A stretch of DNA of 40,575 bases from Candidatus Cloacimonadales bacterium (GCA_046482725.1 JAWOEN010000052.1:1-40575), one strand, 5' to 3'. Shown: positions 26,333 to 35,796, numbered from the stretch's first letter. Notes: generated by a model from the letters alone, not told the origin. Numbers and translations are program-made.

Positions 26333-27352
26333 ATGCCAAGTTCCAAAAAAGTTTACAAGCATCATGAGTTTTTAGCTGCCTTCAAAAAGAGTAATCCGCA
26401 GCCGATCTATTTCATTCATGGCGAAGAGTATTTTTTGCGAGAAAAAACTCTGGCTCGCCTCAGCAAGGCATTTTCTACTCCCGGCACGGAAGATTTTGAT
26501 CTGATTATGCTTTACGCTGAGACAAATGCTGCAGCAGAAGCGGTTGAGCATCTGGAGATGAAGCCTTTTATGGCCAAACATAAGCTCGTGATAGTTCGGG
26601 ATTTTCATAAATTCAACACAGAATCAAAAAATCTATTGGCCGAATATTGCTCTGATCCGGCTGAACAATCTATCTTGATCTTGGTCGCTGAGAAGATCGA
26701 TCGACGCAAAAAAGCCGAGAAGCAGATTTTACAAAATGCTATCAGCATTGAATGCAAAAAACCCTATAACTCGCAAGATATCAAATATTGGCTAAGAACC
26801 GAGCTGCAGCAGCGTCAAAAGCAGATGTCTGCTTCCGCCATCGATCTTTTCTGCAATAGCCTGGATCCTGATTATATGCTGGCATCCAACGAATTGGAAA
26901 AGCTGATAATCTTCTCGCGTGATGCCAAAACTATTGATGAAGCAGCTGTGCTTACCTGCATTCACAATTCCAAGACCAACAAAATATTTGATCTGCAAAA
27001 TGCCCTCGGCAAAAAAGATCTTAACCAAAGCATCGTAATTTTGGAAAATATGCTGGAAAATAACGAAGCAGGCGTCTATGTCGTCATCATGCTGACGCGC
27101 TATTTCTGCACTTTATGGAAAATTCAAGCCTTGAAAAAACGCAGACTCAGCGAATCTGAAATTGCAGCCAAACACCTCAATGAAATCTTCTACAGCTTTC
27201 GCAGCGATTATCTGAGGCAAGCTAGAAATTTCAAAATCGGCCAGCTAAGAGAGATCTTTCAGCTACTTTTACAGGTCGATATTGACCTGAAATCTTTGAA
27301 CATCCAAGAGAAATATATCTTGGAAATACTCATCTATAAAATATGTAAGTAA
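26333..27352 (+). CDS. holA: DNA polymerase III subunit delta
   Basis: 339 aa. The N-terminal ...PIYFIHGEEYFL... pattern and overall size are typical of HolA. It is tightly packed, starting 6 nt after uppP. Confidence 0.7.
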   Translation: MPSSKKVYKHHEFLAAFKKSNPQPIYFIHGEEYFLREKTLARLSKAFSTPGTEDFDLIMLYAETNAAAEAVEHLEMKPFMAKHKLVIVRDFHKFNTESKNLLAEYCSDPAEQSILILVAEKIDRRKKAEKQILQNAISIECKKPYNSQDIKYWLRTELQQRQKQMSASAIDLFCNSLDPDYMLASNELEKLIIFSRDAKTIDEAAVLTCIHNSKTNKIFDLQNALGKKDLNQSIVILENMLENNEAGVYVVIMLTRYFCTLWKIQALKKRRLSESEIAAKHLNEIFYSFRSDYLRQARNFKIGQLREIFQLLLQVDIDLKSLNIQEKYILEILIYKICK

Positions 27353-27366
27353 AAAAAGGAAAACAA

Positions 27367-28248
27367 GTGGATATAAATTTTAAAAGCGGGTTTGTCTCAA
27401 TTGTGGGAAAACCCAACGTCGGAAAATCTACCTTTATGAACAAATTATTGGGCGAAAAGATCTCGATAATCTCACCCAAACCGCAAACTACGCGTCAACA
27501 AATCAAAGGTATCTTTACCGATGATGAAAAGCAGATCGTTTTTTTGGATACTCCCGGCTTTGTGGTGCCTCGCTACGAACTGCACGAAAAGATGTTGGAA
27601 TATATCAAAAATTCGCTGACTGACTCCGATCTGATTATTTTCATCAGCGATGCCAAAAAATTTCCCACTGATTATGATCTGCAGATGTGCAAATGGTTGG
27701 AAAAATTCAGAATCCCCAAAATTGCCCTGCTCAATAAGATCGATCTGGTCGAACAAGATGTAGTGCTGCAAAAACTAGCTCTGCTGGAAAAATATGAATT
27801 TGATGCCATTATCCCCATCTCGATTTTGGAAGCTGAGAATCTGGATCATATCCTGCAGAAGATCACCACCTATCTTCCGGTAAATCCACCTTATTATCAC
27901 CCTGATGAAATATCTGATCTACCCATGCGCTTCTTTGTGCAGGAGATTATTCGTGAAACTATCTTTTTGAACTTTCGCGACGAAATTCCCTACGCCTCGA
28001 CCGTGATGGTGGAACTGTATCAAGATTTTCCCAACAAGGCAATCATCGCTGCCAATATTTGGTTGGAAAGCAAATCACAGAAACCGATCTTACTGGGAAA
28101 AAATGGCAGCATGATCAAAAAGATTCGTTTGCAGGCGGAAAAAGAGATTCATCGGGCGATCCAAAAACGTGTAAAGCTGGATCTCTGGGTCAAGATCAAG
28201 CCGAATTGGCGGAAAAAGCCCAACGCGCTGAAAGAGTTTGGATATTGA
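27367..28248 (+). CDS. era: GTPase Era
   Basis: 293 aa with a GTG start and an AAGGAAA ribosome-binding site. Motifs are GFVSIVGKPNVGKST (G1), DTPG (G3), NKID (G4) and a C-terminal KH domain (...LWVKIK..WR). Confidence 0.9.
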   Translation: MDINFKSGFVSIVGKPNVGKSTFMNKLLGEKISIISPKPQTTRQQIKGIFTDDEKQIVFLDTPGFVVPRYELHEKMLEYIKNSLTDSDLIIFISDAKKFPTDYDLQMCKWLEKFRIPKIALLNKIDLVEQDVVLQKLALLEKYEFDAIIPISILEAENLDHILQKITTYLPVNPPYYHPDEISDLPMRFFVQEIIRETIFLNFRDEIPYASTVMVELYQDFPNKAIIAANIWLESKSQKPILLGKNGSMIKKIRLQAEKEIHRAIQKRVKLDLWVKIKPNWRKKPNALKEFGY

Positions 28249-28283
28249 TCTCTGCCAGCAAAGAGGATCTTTTTTCCCAAAAC

Positions 28284-28318
28284 GACAGTTTCTACAAAAA
28301 CTAAAACTGTCTGTTTTT
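28284..28318 (+). terminator. Rho-independent terminator candidate after era
   Basis: GACAGTT (28284-28290) pairs with AACTGTC (28305-28311) around a 14-nt loop, followed by TGTTTTT. Confidence 0.5.
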
Positions 28319-28424
28319 ACTAGTGAAGAGAGCTAATTTGCAGAAATTATTGAAGATAAGCTTTTGGAAACGAATCTGGCTACAAAACTTGCTGGGATCT
28401 TTGCCCGAATCGAAGAAAAATAAT

Positions 28425-28453
28425 TTGACAAGCAAACCGCGCTTTAATTATTT
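28425..28453 (+). promoter_or_regulatory. Sigma-70-type promoter candidate for the tRNA-Ser/Ser/Gln cluster
   Basis: TTGACA (28425-28430), a 17-nt spacer, then TTATTT (28448-28453). It lies about 18 nt upstream of the first tRNA. Confidence 0.5.
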
Positions 28454-28471
28454 GAGCCACACATACGGAAC

Positions 28472-28557
28472 GGAGGATTAGTTCTAATTGGTAAGACAGC
28501 GGTCTTGAAAACCGCCGCCCTTTGGGCTTGGGAGTTCGAGTCCCCCATCCTCCGCCA
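28472..28557 (+). tRNA. tRNA-Ser (anticodon TGA), CCA encoded
   Basis: Acceptor is GGAGGAT/ATCCTCC. The anticodon arm is GCGGT-CTTGAAA-ACCGC. It has a long variable arm (GCCCTTTGGGC) and a 3-bp D stem, as in class II Ser tRNAs. The T stem has one A-C mismatch in my hand fold. Confidence 0.8.
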
Positions 28558-28574
28558 TTATTTTTATCATCTCT

Positions 28575-28667
<93 letters not shown>

Positions 28668-28683
28668 GTTTTACCCTATTCGT

Positions 28684-28758
28684 AGGGGCGTCGTCAAGTG
28701 GTTAAGACACATGGTTTTGGTCCATGCATCGTGGGTTCGAATCCTGCCGCCCCTACCA
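28684..28758 (+). tRNA. tRNA-Gln (anticodon TTG), CCA encoded
   Basis: Acceptor is AGGGGCG/CGCCCCT. The anticodon arm is CATGG-TTTTGGT-CCATG. The T loop is TTCGAAT. It is followed by a T-run. Confidence 0.8.
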
Positions 28759-28909
28759 TTTTTTTTATTTTTTTCGATTCTCACTAAATACTTCATTCCA
28801 TTACCAATACACTTTATATTTTCCCATATTTAGCTCAGCAGTAAAATAATAATTGACCTAGCATAATAGATTCATTTTTTTTGATGCTAACGAAGCATGG
28901 AGGTTATTT

Positions 28910-31474
28910 GTGAATAATCAAAAAACGATTGTTATTGTAGAAGACGAAATAATCATAGCCGAAGATCTCAAAATTACTCTACGGAATCTTGATTATAATG
29001 TGATCGGACCCTATTCGGAAGGGCAATCACTAATCGATGAAATAGATTCTCTATCCCCCGACCTGATTCTGATGGATATCATGCTAAACGGAGAGCTTAG
29101 CGGTATCGAAACAGCTGAGATTATTCAGCGAAATCACAATATCCCCATTATTTATGTAACAGCTTATGCCAATTCCAAAATTTTGCAGCAGGTAAAGAAG
29201 ACCAATCCTTTTGGCTATATTGTAAAGCCATTTGAAGAACGCGAACTGCACGCCACTATCGAGCTGGCTTTTTCACGCAATAGCATAGAGATAGAAAAAG
29301 CACGCCAGGAAAGATATCAAAAATCTCTACTCAAATCTTCCAAAATTTTAAATAACTCTCTCGACTTCCGCTCGGTTTGTAGCTCGATAATTACCGAAGT
29401 AAGATCTTTGCTGCAAAGCACTTTTGCCGGCTTATATATCTACGATGCTTTGCAAAATAAATTCTCACTTTTTGATCTGAAAAATAACCTCAGCTCTAAA
29501 ATCAAAGAGAGTGCGCGCATCATTATGGAAGATACTATCTGCAACGAAAAAACGATCGTGCAAGCAGATGAGGAAAACAGTGAGTTCACAGCTTCGGCTC
29601 CACTGATCAAAGATGGTATTATTGAGGCCGTGCTGATCGTGCAACGCTACAACCAGCGCTTTGACGAATCGGAGATCACCCTGCTGAATACTTTTGCCAG
29701 TCATGCCAGTATCGTGCTGCACAATGCTCAAACTCATGAAGAGCTGAACAAGGAGATCGAGATTCGTAAACTAGCTCAGGCTGAAGTAAAACTGCAGCTG
29801 GAAAACGAACAAACTATCTCTGAAATTTCTGCCCAATTTGTGGTAGGCTCCGATCTAAAAAATTCGATTCGCTTCACTTTGAAAAAAATCAAACAACAAA
29901 TCGCTGCTGACCAAACCTATCTGGTTCAGTTTCAGCATGATACAAAAGCTCTGCAACCGGAACATCAATTTTTTTCCGTCCTGAGCACGAAAAAAGGCAC
30001 CACCCTACCAGATCTAAAAATGAAACAACTTAATCCTTGGATCATCCAAACCAAACTGGCTGAAAATATTGAAATTTCCCAAACTGATGAACTACCTTCT
30101 GCTGAGGCTGCTTTATTGGAATATTTTTCTGCTCAACATCTTTTTGCCTTTCCCTACACTATCAAAGGTGAAATTGATGGTTTTATTGTGCTGTGCTATC
30201 AAAATTCTGCCTTTGATTGGAATGAGAAAAACAATACTCTGCTGGTGCTGATTTCCGATATTTTGGGCAATGCTCTGGAAAAACATCAAATCGAAGCAGA
30301 AAAACTGGCAATTCAACAGCAGCTCTTCCAATCCCAAAAAATGGAAGTAGTGGGCAAACTAGCGGGTGGAATTGCTCATGATTTCAATAATTTGCTGACT
30401 GCCATCAATGGCTACAGCGAATTAGCCCTGAAAAAGCTGGATAAAGCAGATCCCGTTGCGGCCGATCTGGAAGTAATCTACGATTGTGGACAGAAAGCGG
30501 CTCACCTCACGCAAAAATTATTGGGCTTCTCGCGCAAACAGATAGCGATTCCCATTATCGTTGATCTCAATAGCGTAATCATAGATTTGAATAAAATGAT
30601 GGATAGATTAATCCCGGCCAAAATGGTTCTGCAGCAAAATTTAGCGGCTCAAAAGTGTTTGATCAAAGCTGATCCGGGTCAGATCGAGCAAATCATCGTC
30701 AATCTGGTGGTGAATGCTCGCGATGCGATGCAGAACGAAGGCGAGATCAAGATCAGTACCGAAATTATAAATTTAGAGAGAGAAAAGCCTATCTTTCAGG
30801 ATCTCATTGCTCCGGGCAGTTATGCAGTTTTGCAGGTGGAAGATGCCGGAACCGGGATCGATCCCAAAATATTACCAAATATTTTCGAGCCCTTCTTCAC
30901 CACCAAGAAAGTAAATGAAGGCACCGGATTGGGCCTTTCCACTCTTTACGGCATTTTGCAACAAAATAACGGACATATTGATGTGAAGACAGAATTGGGC
31001 AAAGGCACCACTTTCACTATCTACTTTCCCTACTCTGCCCAAAACCGCGATCATCTGGAAGTGACACAAACTGTCATGGAAGAGGATTTTATGCCCGAAG
31101 GTGATGAGACGATTCTCTTTATCGAGGATGAAGAAAATATCAGAGATTTTGTCGCTACCATTTTGGAAGATTTGGGCTATCAGGTTATCAGTGGTTCTGA
31201 TGGAGCAGATGGCTGGCAGAAAGCAGAAGCGGCAAATTTTGATTTTTCCCTGCTGCTGGCTGACGTCAGGATGCCCCAGATCAGTGGCCCGGCTTTGGCC
31301 AAGAAAATCATTCAGCACAATTCTCAACTGAAAATTCTCTTTATCTCGGGCTTTGATAACGAAGAGCTGAAAGATGAAGAACTGGACCATCTGAATTATC
31401 TCTTTCTGCAAAAGCCATTTACTGTTATTGCTTTGGCGCAAAAAGTGCGAGAGGCGCTTGATAACCAAAAATGA
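28910..31474 (+). CDS. Hybrid sensor histidine kinase: N-terminal receiver, GAF-like sensory regions, HisKA/HATPase_c, C-terminal receiver
   Basis: 854 aa with a GTG start and a GGAGG ribosome-binding site. The first receiver has IVIVEDE...DLILMDIML...KPF. The H-box is GGIAHDFNNLLTAINGY. The N/G boxes are NLVVNARDAM and GTGLGLS. The second receiver has ILFIEDEE...LLLADVRMP...KPF. Confidence 0.85.
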   Translation: MNNQKTIVIVEDEIIIAEDLKITLRNLDYNVIGPYSEGQSLIDEIDSLSPDLILMDIMLNGELSGIETAEIIQRNHNIPIIYVTAYANSKILQQVKKTNPFGYIVKPFEERELHATIELAFSRNSIEIEKARQERYQKSLLKSSKILNNSLDFRSVCSSIITEVRSLLQSTFAGLYIYDALQNKFSLFDLKNNLSSKIKESARIIMEDTICNEKTIVQADEENSEFTASAPLIKDGIIEAVLIVQRYNQRFDESEITLLNTFASHASIVLHNAQTHEELNKEIEIRKLAQAEVKLQLENEQTISEISAQFVVGSDLKNSIRFTLKKIKQQIAADQTYLVQFQHDTKALQPEHQFFSVLSTKKGTTLPDLKMKQLNPWIIQTKLAENIEISQTDELPSAEAALLEYFSAQHLFAFPYTIKGEIDGFIVLCYQNSAFDWNEKNNTLLVLISDILGNALEKHQIEAEKLAIQQQLFQSQKMEVVGKLAGGIAHDFNNLLTAINGYSELALKKLDKADPVAADLEVIYDCGQKAAHLTQKLLGFSRKQIAIPIIVDLNSVIIDLNKMMDRLIPAKMVLQQNLAAQKCLIKADPGQIEQIIVNLVVNARDAMQNEGEIKISTEIINLEREKPIFQDLIAPGSYAVLQVEDAGTGIDPKILPNIFEPFFTTKKVNEGTGLGLSTLYGILQQNNGHIDVKTELGKGTTFTIYFPYSAQNRDHLEVTQTVMEEDFMPEGDETILFIEDEENIRDFVATILEDLGYQVISGSDGADGWQKAEAANFDFSLLLADVRMPQISGPALAKKIIQHNSQLKILFISGFDNEELKDEELDHLNYLFLQKPFTVIALAQKVREALDNQK

Positions 31475-33534
31475 AACGTAAAAGATTGAAACTGCAGCAA
31501 CAAATATTTCTCTCTTTCTTTTTGGTTGTTGTCTCCTTGGTGATCATCCAGTTTTTCTTCACTTGGTATCTCTTTAGTTTTGGCATCAAGCAAACCGAAA
31601 ACGATGAGATCAACCAAAGCATCAGTAAAGTGGACGCTCAGCTTGAGCTTTGGCAAAATGCGCTCAGCCAAGAGCTGAATGATCTGATCTCAAAGCCAGA
31701 ATTTATCGCAGCTTTCCAAACTGCTGACCAAAACAAAATATCTCAAATTCTAGCCACAAAACCAGCTTATAAAAATTTGCTGCTTTTTGATAAGCAAGAA
31801 CAGCTCATTTATGGTTCAAACTGGAATCTTTCCCAAAAATATATCTCAGAAATTCAGCAACTGAATTCTCGCAACATTGATACCAAATTTTACGCTGAAC
31901 ACTCTTACAAGCTTTATCTGATGCTGGGAAATACTCTGCAAGATGCAGACTCGCTCTTTATCGGTTCTGCCCTCTATGTCACTCAGCTACGACAAGAGAT
32001 CTTTACGCCAGCAATCAATCTACCCAGCCAGATAGTCCCGGTAGATTCTCAACATTATAGTAGCGGAAAGCTTGAGCTTCCTGAAGCATTATTTCGAACT
32101 GAATTGCAAGAAATGTTGCAGCGCAACAGCTCGCGCAATATTTTGCGCCAGAACCGAGATAGTGCTTTCGGCTTTTATCTGCTAAATGATGTTTTCAATC
32201 AAGCTCAAGCTGTGGTGCTGCTAGGCTATCCGCGCGAGATGAATTCGTTCTTCAGCAGTGGAGTCATCTTTTTCGCGCTAATTATTTTGGCTTTTTCGCT
32301 GGTAATTGCCAGTTTTATGGGAATCTGGTTTAGCAAATCTATCATGCAGCCGGTCAAAGATATCTCTGCTAAGATGACAGAGATTTCGCAAAATCCTTCT
32401 CATATCAAACCTTTCCGAGATAAATTTTCCGGCGTTTTGGGCGATATCACCGATATCTACAGCGATATGAGCCGCTCCTTGATCGAAAGTCGCAAAATAT
32501 TATTGCAGTACAAAGCAATCACCGATCATATCAATGTTGGCATCTTTTTTATGAATGCCGAGCATGAAATAGTTATCTGCAATCCGGCCTTCCAAAAAAT
32601 CTTTGCCCTAGAAACTACAGAGAAGATCAATCTTAGTGAGCTCACCCAGATCTCTTCCCAAAAACTGCTGGAAATTGGAAATTCCCCTACCCACAATTAC
32701 TATTTCTCTCTGCAACGAAATGGACAAAAAAAATATTTGATTTTGGATCTGAATATCTCGCGGGAGGCAGATGAGCTGAAATATTTCGGCAGCATTACAG
32801 ATGAAACTACGATGGTAAAATCTCGCAAAGCGAAACAATCTTTGGAGCTGGAACTGATCAAATCAAACCGCTTGGCAAAGATCGGAAATCTGTTGGTAGG
32901 AGTGGTACACAACCTGAATTCTCCGCTCAATTCTATCATAGGTTATTCGCAATTTCTCAAAAAAGATTTTCCCGATAATACCGACATCGACCGTTTGCAT
33001 CAATCGGCCCAGCAAGTATCTACCATGGTGAAAGGATTGCTCAATAAGAACCGTAATGAAAACCGTTCAATGCCGCAAAATATTGATGTGAATGAGGTTA
33101 TCAATGCTGAGCTGGAGATGTGCGAGCACAATCTTTTTTTCAAACATTATGTCATAGTAAAAAAGCAGTTGAGTGAAAATCTCAAATTTACCAACGCAGT
33201 TTATAGTGACATCAGTCTTTGCCTGGCCAACCTGCTGAATAATGCGATCGATGCAATGCATGATAGTGATCTGAAAGAGCTGAATATAAAAAGCTTTATG
33301 CGGCAAAATTTGGTAGTGATAGAGATCTGTGATACAGGCTGTGGCATTGCCGAAGATAAATTGGAGGAGATTTTCGATATCAGTTACTCTTCCAAACTGG
33401 ATGACAAAAGTGGAGGCTACGGTTTGGGCTTGGCTCTCACCAAAGCGATCGTGGAAAAATGCCAAGGTAAGATCGAAGTAGAATCGAAATTGGATGTGGG
33501 AAGTTGCTTTCGCGTTAGCTTTCCCAAAATGTGA
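31471..33534 (+). CDS. Membrane sensor histidine kinase (periplasmic or extracytoplasmic domain between two transmembrane segments, PAS-like region, HisKA/HATPase_c)
   Basis: 687 aa. The start overlaps the upstream stop (ATGA at 31471-31474). Transmembrane segments lie near residues 12-35 and ~265-290. The H-box is GVVHNLNSPLNSIIGY. The N box is NLLNNAIDAM and the G box is GYGLGLA. Confidence 0.8.
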   Translation: MKRKRLKLQQQIFLSFFLVVVSLVIIQFFFTWYLFSFGIKQTENDEINQSISKVDAQLELWQNALSQELNDLISKPEFIAAFQTADQNKISQILATKPAYKNLLLFDKQEQLIYGSNWNLSQKYISEIQQLNSRNIDTKFYAEHSYKLYLMLGNTLQDADSLFIGSALYVTQLRQEIFTPAINLPSQIVPVDSQHYSSGKLELPEALFRTELQEMLQRNSSRNILRQNRDSAFGFYLLNDVFNQAQAVVLLGYPREMNSFFSSGVIFFALIILAFSLVIASFMGIWFSKSIMQPVKDISAKMTEISQNPSHIKPFRDKFSGVLGDITDIYSDMSRSLIESRKILLQYKAITDHINVGIFFMNAEHEIVICNPAFQKIFALETTEKINLSELTQISSQKLLEIGNSPTHNYYFSLQRNGQKKYLILDLNISREADELKYFGSITDETTMVKSRKAKQSLELELIKSNRLAKIGNLLVGVVHNLNSPLNSIIGYSQFLKKDFPDNTDIDRLHQSAQQVSTMVKGLLNKNRNENRSMPQNIDVNEVINAELEMCEHNLFFKHYVIVKKQLSENLKFTNAVYSDISLCLANLLNNAIDAMHDSDLKELNIKSFMRQNLVVIEICDTGCGIAEDKLEEIFDISYSSKLDDKSGGYGLGLALTKAIVEKCQGKIEVESKLDVGSCFRVSFPKM

Positions 33535-33554
33535 TAAAGAGGAAAAAATAGTTT

Positions 33555-34946
33555 ATGTATAATAGCGATAATGTAAGAATTCTGATAGTAGATGATGAAC
33601 AATTTACTCGTGAAATTTTTTGTCGGCAATTAGCTTCTCAGTATCAGGTGGACGAAGCGGAATCTGCGACTGCTGCTTTGCAGAAAATCGAACAGATCGG
33701 CTATCAGATTGTGATGACAGATTTGGTGATGCCGGGCGAAGATGGTATGGAATTGTTAAAAAAGATCAAAGCCAAGTGGCCGGAAATATCGGTGGTGATG
33801 ATCAGTGGTAAAGCTTCGATCGAAACTGCTGTGCAAGCGATGAAATTGGGCGCAGAAGAGCTGATCGAAAAACCATTGGAAGATCTGGAGCTGCTCAATA
33901 TCATCACCCAAAAAATCCTGAAAAGCAAATGGCAAGCTGATGAAATTTTGCGCTTGCGCCAAAAATTGGAAACCAATTTTGATCGCTCCCACATTATTGG
34001 CAACAATATCAAAGTTCAGAAAATCATGGAAAAGATCAAAATGGTGGCACCCCTCGACGCTACAGTGCTCTTAAATGGAGAAACCGGCGTGGGTAAAGAA
34101 GTGTTTGCCGAATTGATCTACAAAAATAGCGACCGCAAAGATAAAAAATTTGTGGCCTTCAACTGTGGCAGTTTGGCAGAAAACCTTTTGGAAAGCGCAC
34201 TTTTTGGTCATGCCAAAGGTTCCTTTACCAGCGCTGTAAAAGATAAAATCGGCTATTTCGAAGAAGCCAACGGCGGTACTCTTTTTTTGGATGAGATCAC
34301 CGATACTTCACCGGCTTTTCAGGTAAAACTTTTGCGCGCTCTGGAAAAAAACGTGATTCGCCGCGTGGGCGGAGATAAAGATATCAAAATCGATACCAGG
34401 ATTATTGCTGCCACCAACAAAGATCCGTTGCGCGAAGTGGAAGCGGGAAATTTTCGCGAAGATCTCTTTTATCGGCTCAATGTGATCAATATCACGATTC
34501 CGCCTCTGCGCGAACGAGTCGATGATATCAAATTGCTCTCACAAGAATTTTGTAAAAATTTCGCGGAAAAATATCATAAGCCGGAACTCTCCATTTCAGA
34601 TTCAGCTATGTCTATCCTGGCTTCTTCGCCTTGGAAAGGCAATGTACGCGAACTAAAAAATGCGATCGAGCACGCAGTGGCGATGGCGCAACATGATAAA
34701 ATCCTAGCCGAAGATCTACCCGATGCTCTGCGCCAAAATACAGGCCAAACAACCAATTCTCTGGGACAACTGCTGCATCTACCCTACGCCCAAGCCAAAA
34801 ATATCTTTGAAGAAAAATATCTGCAAAATCTGCTAGAATTGACCAAAGGCGAAATCACCAAAGCAGCCGAAATCTCCGGCATCAAACGCCAAAACCTCTA
34901 CAATAAAATGGGTAAATATCTCCTTGATCCGGAAAATTTCCGCTGA
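33555..34946 (+). CDS. Sigma-54-dependent Fis-family response regulator (NtrC-like enhancer-binding protein)
   Basis: 463 aa. The receiver has ILIVDDE...VMTDLVMP...KP. The AAA+ core has Walker A GETGVGKE, GSFTSA at the GAFTGA position (34218-34235), Walker B GGTLFLDEI, RVGG and FREDLFYRLNV. The C-terminal Fis-type helix-turn-helix is ITKAAEISGIKRQNLYNKM. Confidence 0.85.
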   Translation: MYNSDNVRILIVDDEQFTREIFCRQLASQYQVDEAESATAALQKIEQIGYQIVMTDLVMPGEDGMELLKKIKAKWPEISVVMISGKASIETAVQAMKLGAEELIEKPLEDLELLNIITQKILKSKWQADEILRLRQKLETNFDRSHIIGNNIKVQKIMEKIKMVAPLDATVLLNGETGVGKEVFAELIYKNSDRKDKKFVAFNCGSLAENLLESALFGHAKGSFTSAVKDKIGYFEEANGGTLFLDEITDTSPAFQVKLLRALEKNVIRRVGGDKDIKIDTRIIAATNKDPLREVEAGNFREDLFYRLNVINITIPPLRERVDDIKLLSQEFCKNFAEKYHKPELSISDSAMSILASSPWKGNVRELKNAIEHAVAMAQHDKILAEDLPDALRQNTGQTTNSLGQLLHLPYAQAKNIFEEKYLQNLLELTKGEITKAAEISGIKRQNLYNKMGKYLLDPENFR

Positions 34947-34995
34947 TTGAGCCAATTGGACATTTCAGGTAACTGTTGCTTTTCTCCACAGATTT

Positions 34996-35039
34996 TGTCA
35001 TCTTTTTATTACAGTTAAGCTGATCTGACATTTTTTTTT
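34996..35039 (+). terminator. Weak rho-independent terminator candidate for the sensory operon
   Basis: An imperfect stem, TGTCA (34996-35000) with TGACA (35026-35030) and a large loop, followed by a T9 run (35031-35039). Confidence 0.35.
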
Positions 35040-35228
35040 GACAACTGCCAGCTAGAATTTCTTCTTCTAGAAAAAAAATCTCATTTTTTTTTGCGCAATA
35101 TAAAAATCTGCTTCTGACTTTCCCGCTCACTTCCCAAAGATTTGTCATTACGAGCTCTCTTCTTGCCAGTCTGATACGTAGTAATCTCTCATTCACCGTA
35201 CTTGTCAGGTCGGCATCTCAAGATAGAG

Positions 35229-35289
35229 GTGAACCGTAAATTCTGCCCAGCCAGAATTAACTCGTTCACGCCAATTTCCAAAGGAAATT
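35229..35289. other. Two adjacent strong hairpins in the convergent-gene gap
   Basis: Hairpin 1: GTGAAC (35229-34) / GTTCAC (35264-69) encloses AATTCTG (35239-45) / CAGAATT (35252-58). Hairpin 2: AATTTCC aaa GGAAATT (35273-35289). The strand of any transcript is unknown. Confidence 0.5.
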
Positions 35290-35293
35290 GCAT

Positions 35294-35362
35294 ATCTGGA
35301 AGGGTTAGAAAAATAAGGGTTTTCTGAGTCTGTCGTATTCCGTATTCCTCTTTCTGTATTCT
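35294..35362. repeat. Direct repeat copy A (~70 nt; contains 2 tandem GTATTCC heptads)
   Basis: Sequence: ATCTGGAAGGG ttagaaaaataagggttttctgagtctgtc GTATTCCGTATTCCTCTTTCTG tATTCT. It aligns at roughly 75-80% identity (by eye) with 35724..35796. Confidence 0.75.
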
Positions 35363-35370
35363 GCTCGTTT

Positions 35371-35700
35371 ATGTCGCTACTACGTAGCTTTTAATTTCCG
35401 AGCTTGGGATACCAGCAGCTGACGCTGCTGGCTACAGAAATGTCGCTGCTAACGCAGCTAGTTCATCATTTTTCCCGCCTGAGAACGGCCTACCATTCCA
35501 CGGCGGGCAAGCTTTGTCTATGCCCACAAAAAACGAAGTTTACCCGCCAGGGCGGGCAAAAAGAAAAGGCACCCTGCAGATTAGACTTTTTATTTGTTAG
35601 CTGCAAAATATCTGGTGATGCCAAACTCGTAACCGTGCCTGCGGCAGCTTACTCAGACAGTGGCATCGCCGGGTGTCGCAAACTCCACCCCGATATTTTT
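35371..35700. ncRNA. Candidate structured non-coding RNA or small element: a GC-rich island of stem-loops between the two direct repeats (family unknown, strand unknown)
   Basis: Hand counts per 60-nt line give about 53-57% GC against a window background near 40%. Perfect stems seen:
- GCTAC/GTAGC (35376-88)
- CCAGCAGC/GCTGCTGG (35412-31)
- GCTGC/GCAGC (35445-58)
- CCCGCC/GGCGGG (35474-79 with 35502-07)
- GGGCA/TGCCC (35505-25)
- CCCGC/GCGGG (35543-56)
- GATGCCA/TGGCATC (35617-23 with 35661-67)
- GGGTG/CACCC (35671-90)
The flanking genes are convergent, so this is not a 5' leader. Confidence 0.3.
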
Positions 35701-35723
35701 ATCAGAACAAATGAAAAAAAGTC

Positions 35724-35796
35724 ATCTGGAAGGGACGGATAAAAAAAGGTCTTCTAAATCTGTATTCCGTATTCCGTATTCCTCTTTCTGAATTCT
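35724..35796. repeat. Direct repeat copy B (~73 nt; contains 3 tandem GTATTCC heptads)
   Basis: Sequence: ATCTGGAAGGG acggataaaaaaaggtcttctaaatct GTATTCCGTATTCCGTATTCCTCTTTCTG aATTCT. It has the same orientation as copy A, 430 nt downstream. Confidence 0.75.

Noticed and set aside
28472-28557. Possibility that the long-variable-arm tRNA is tRNA-Sec
   Set aside because: The anticodon loop reads CTTGAAA, so the anticodon is TGA (Ser) and not TCA. The acceptor stem is the normal 7 bp.
35153-35169. Sigma-54 promoter on the minus strand (TGGCAA-N6-AGCT)
   Set aside because: The GG/GC spacing is right. However, the -12 element lacks the conserved TTGC/TGC context and no clear transcript end follows. 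It is kept only as a note within the sensory-module finding.
34882-35196. 104-aa ORF on the minus strand
   Set aside because: It overlaps the 3' end of the sigma-54 activator gene antisense and runs through poly-A/T tracts. It has no ribosome-binding site and I recognise no similarity.
35600-35700. Cobalamin or SAM-I riboswitch on the minus strand (GCCACTG and GGTGGAG...ACCCGGC strings)
   Set aside because: Only isolated short matches are present. The remaining core elements (the B12 box, or the SAM-I GGGA...GGCCC pseudoknot region) are absent. No gene lies downstream on that strand for it to regulate.
35404-35742. 112-aa ORF (+) inside the GC-rich island, plus the mini-ORF ATGTCGCTACTACGTAGCTTTTAA (MSLLRSF) at 35371
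   Set aside because: The 112-aa ORF starts at TTG with no ribosome-binding site. Its composition is Cys/Arg-rich and low in complexity, and unlike the real proteins in this window. The ORF length is explained by a locally high GC content. The duplicated ATGTCGCT motif is noted in the main finding, but I cannot support a coding call.
35294-35796. CRISPR array, or a transposon with terminal repeats
   Set aside because: There are only two copies, they are imperfect, direct rather than inverted, and about 430 nt apart. There are no regular short spacers, no cas or transposase gene, and I could identify no target-site duplication.
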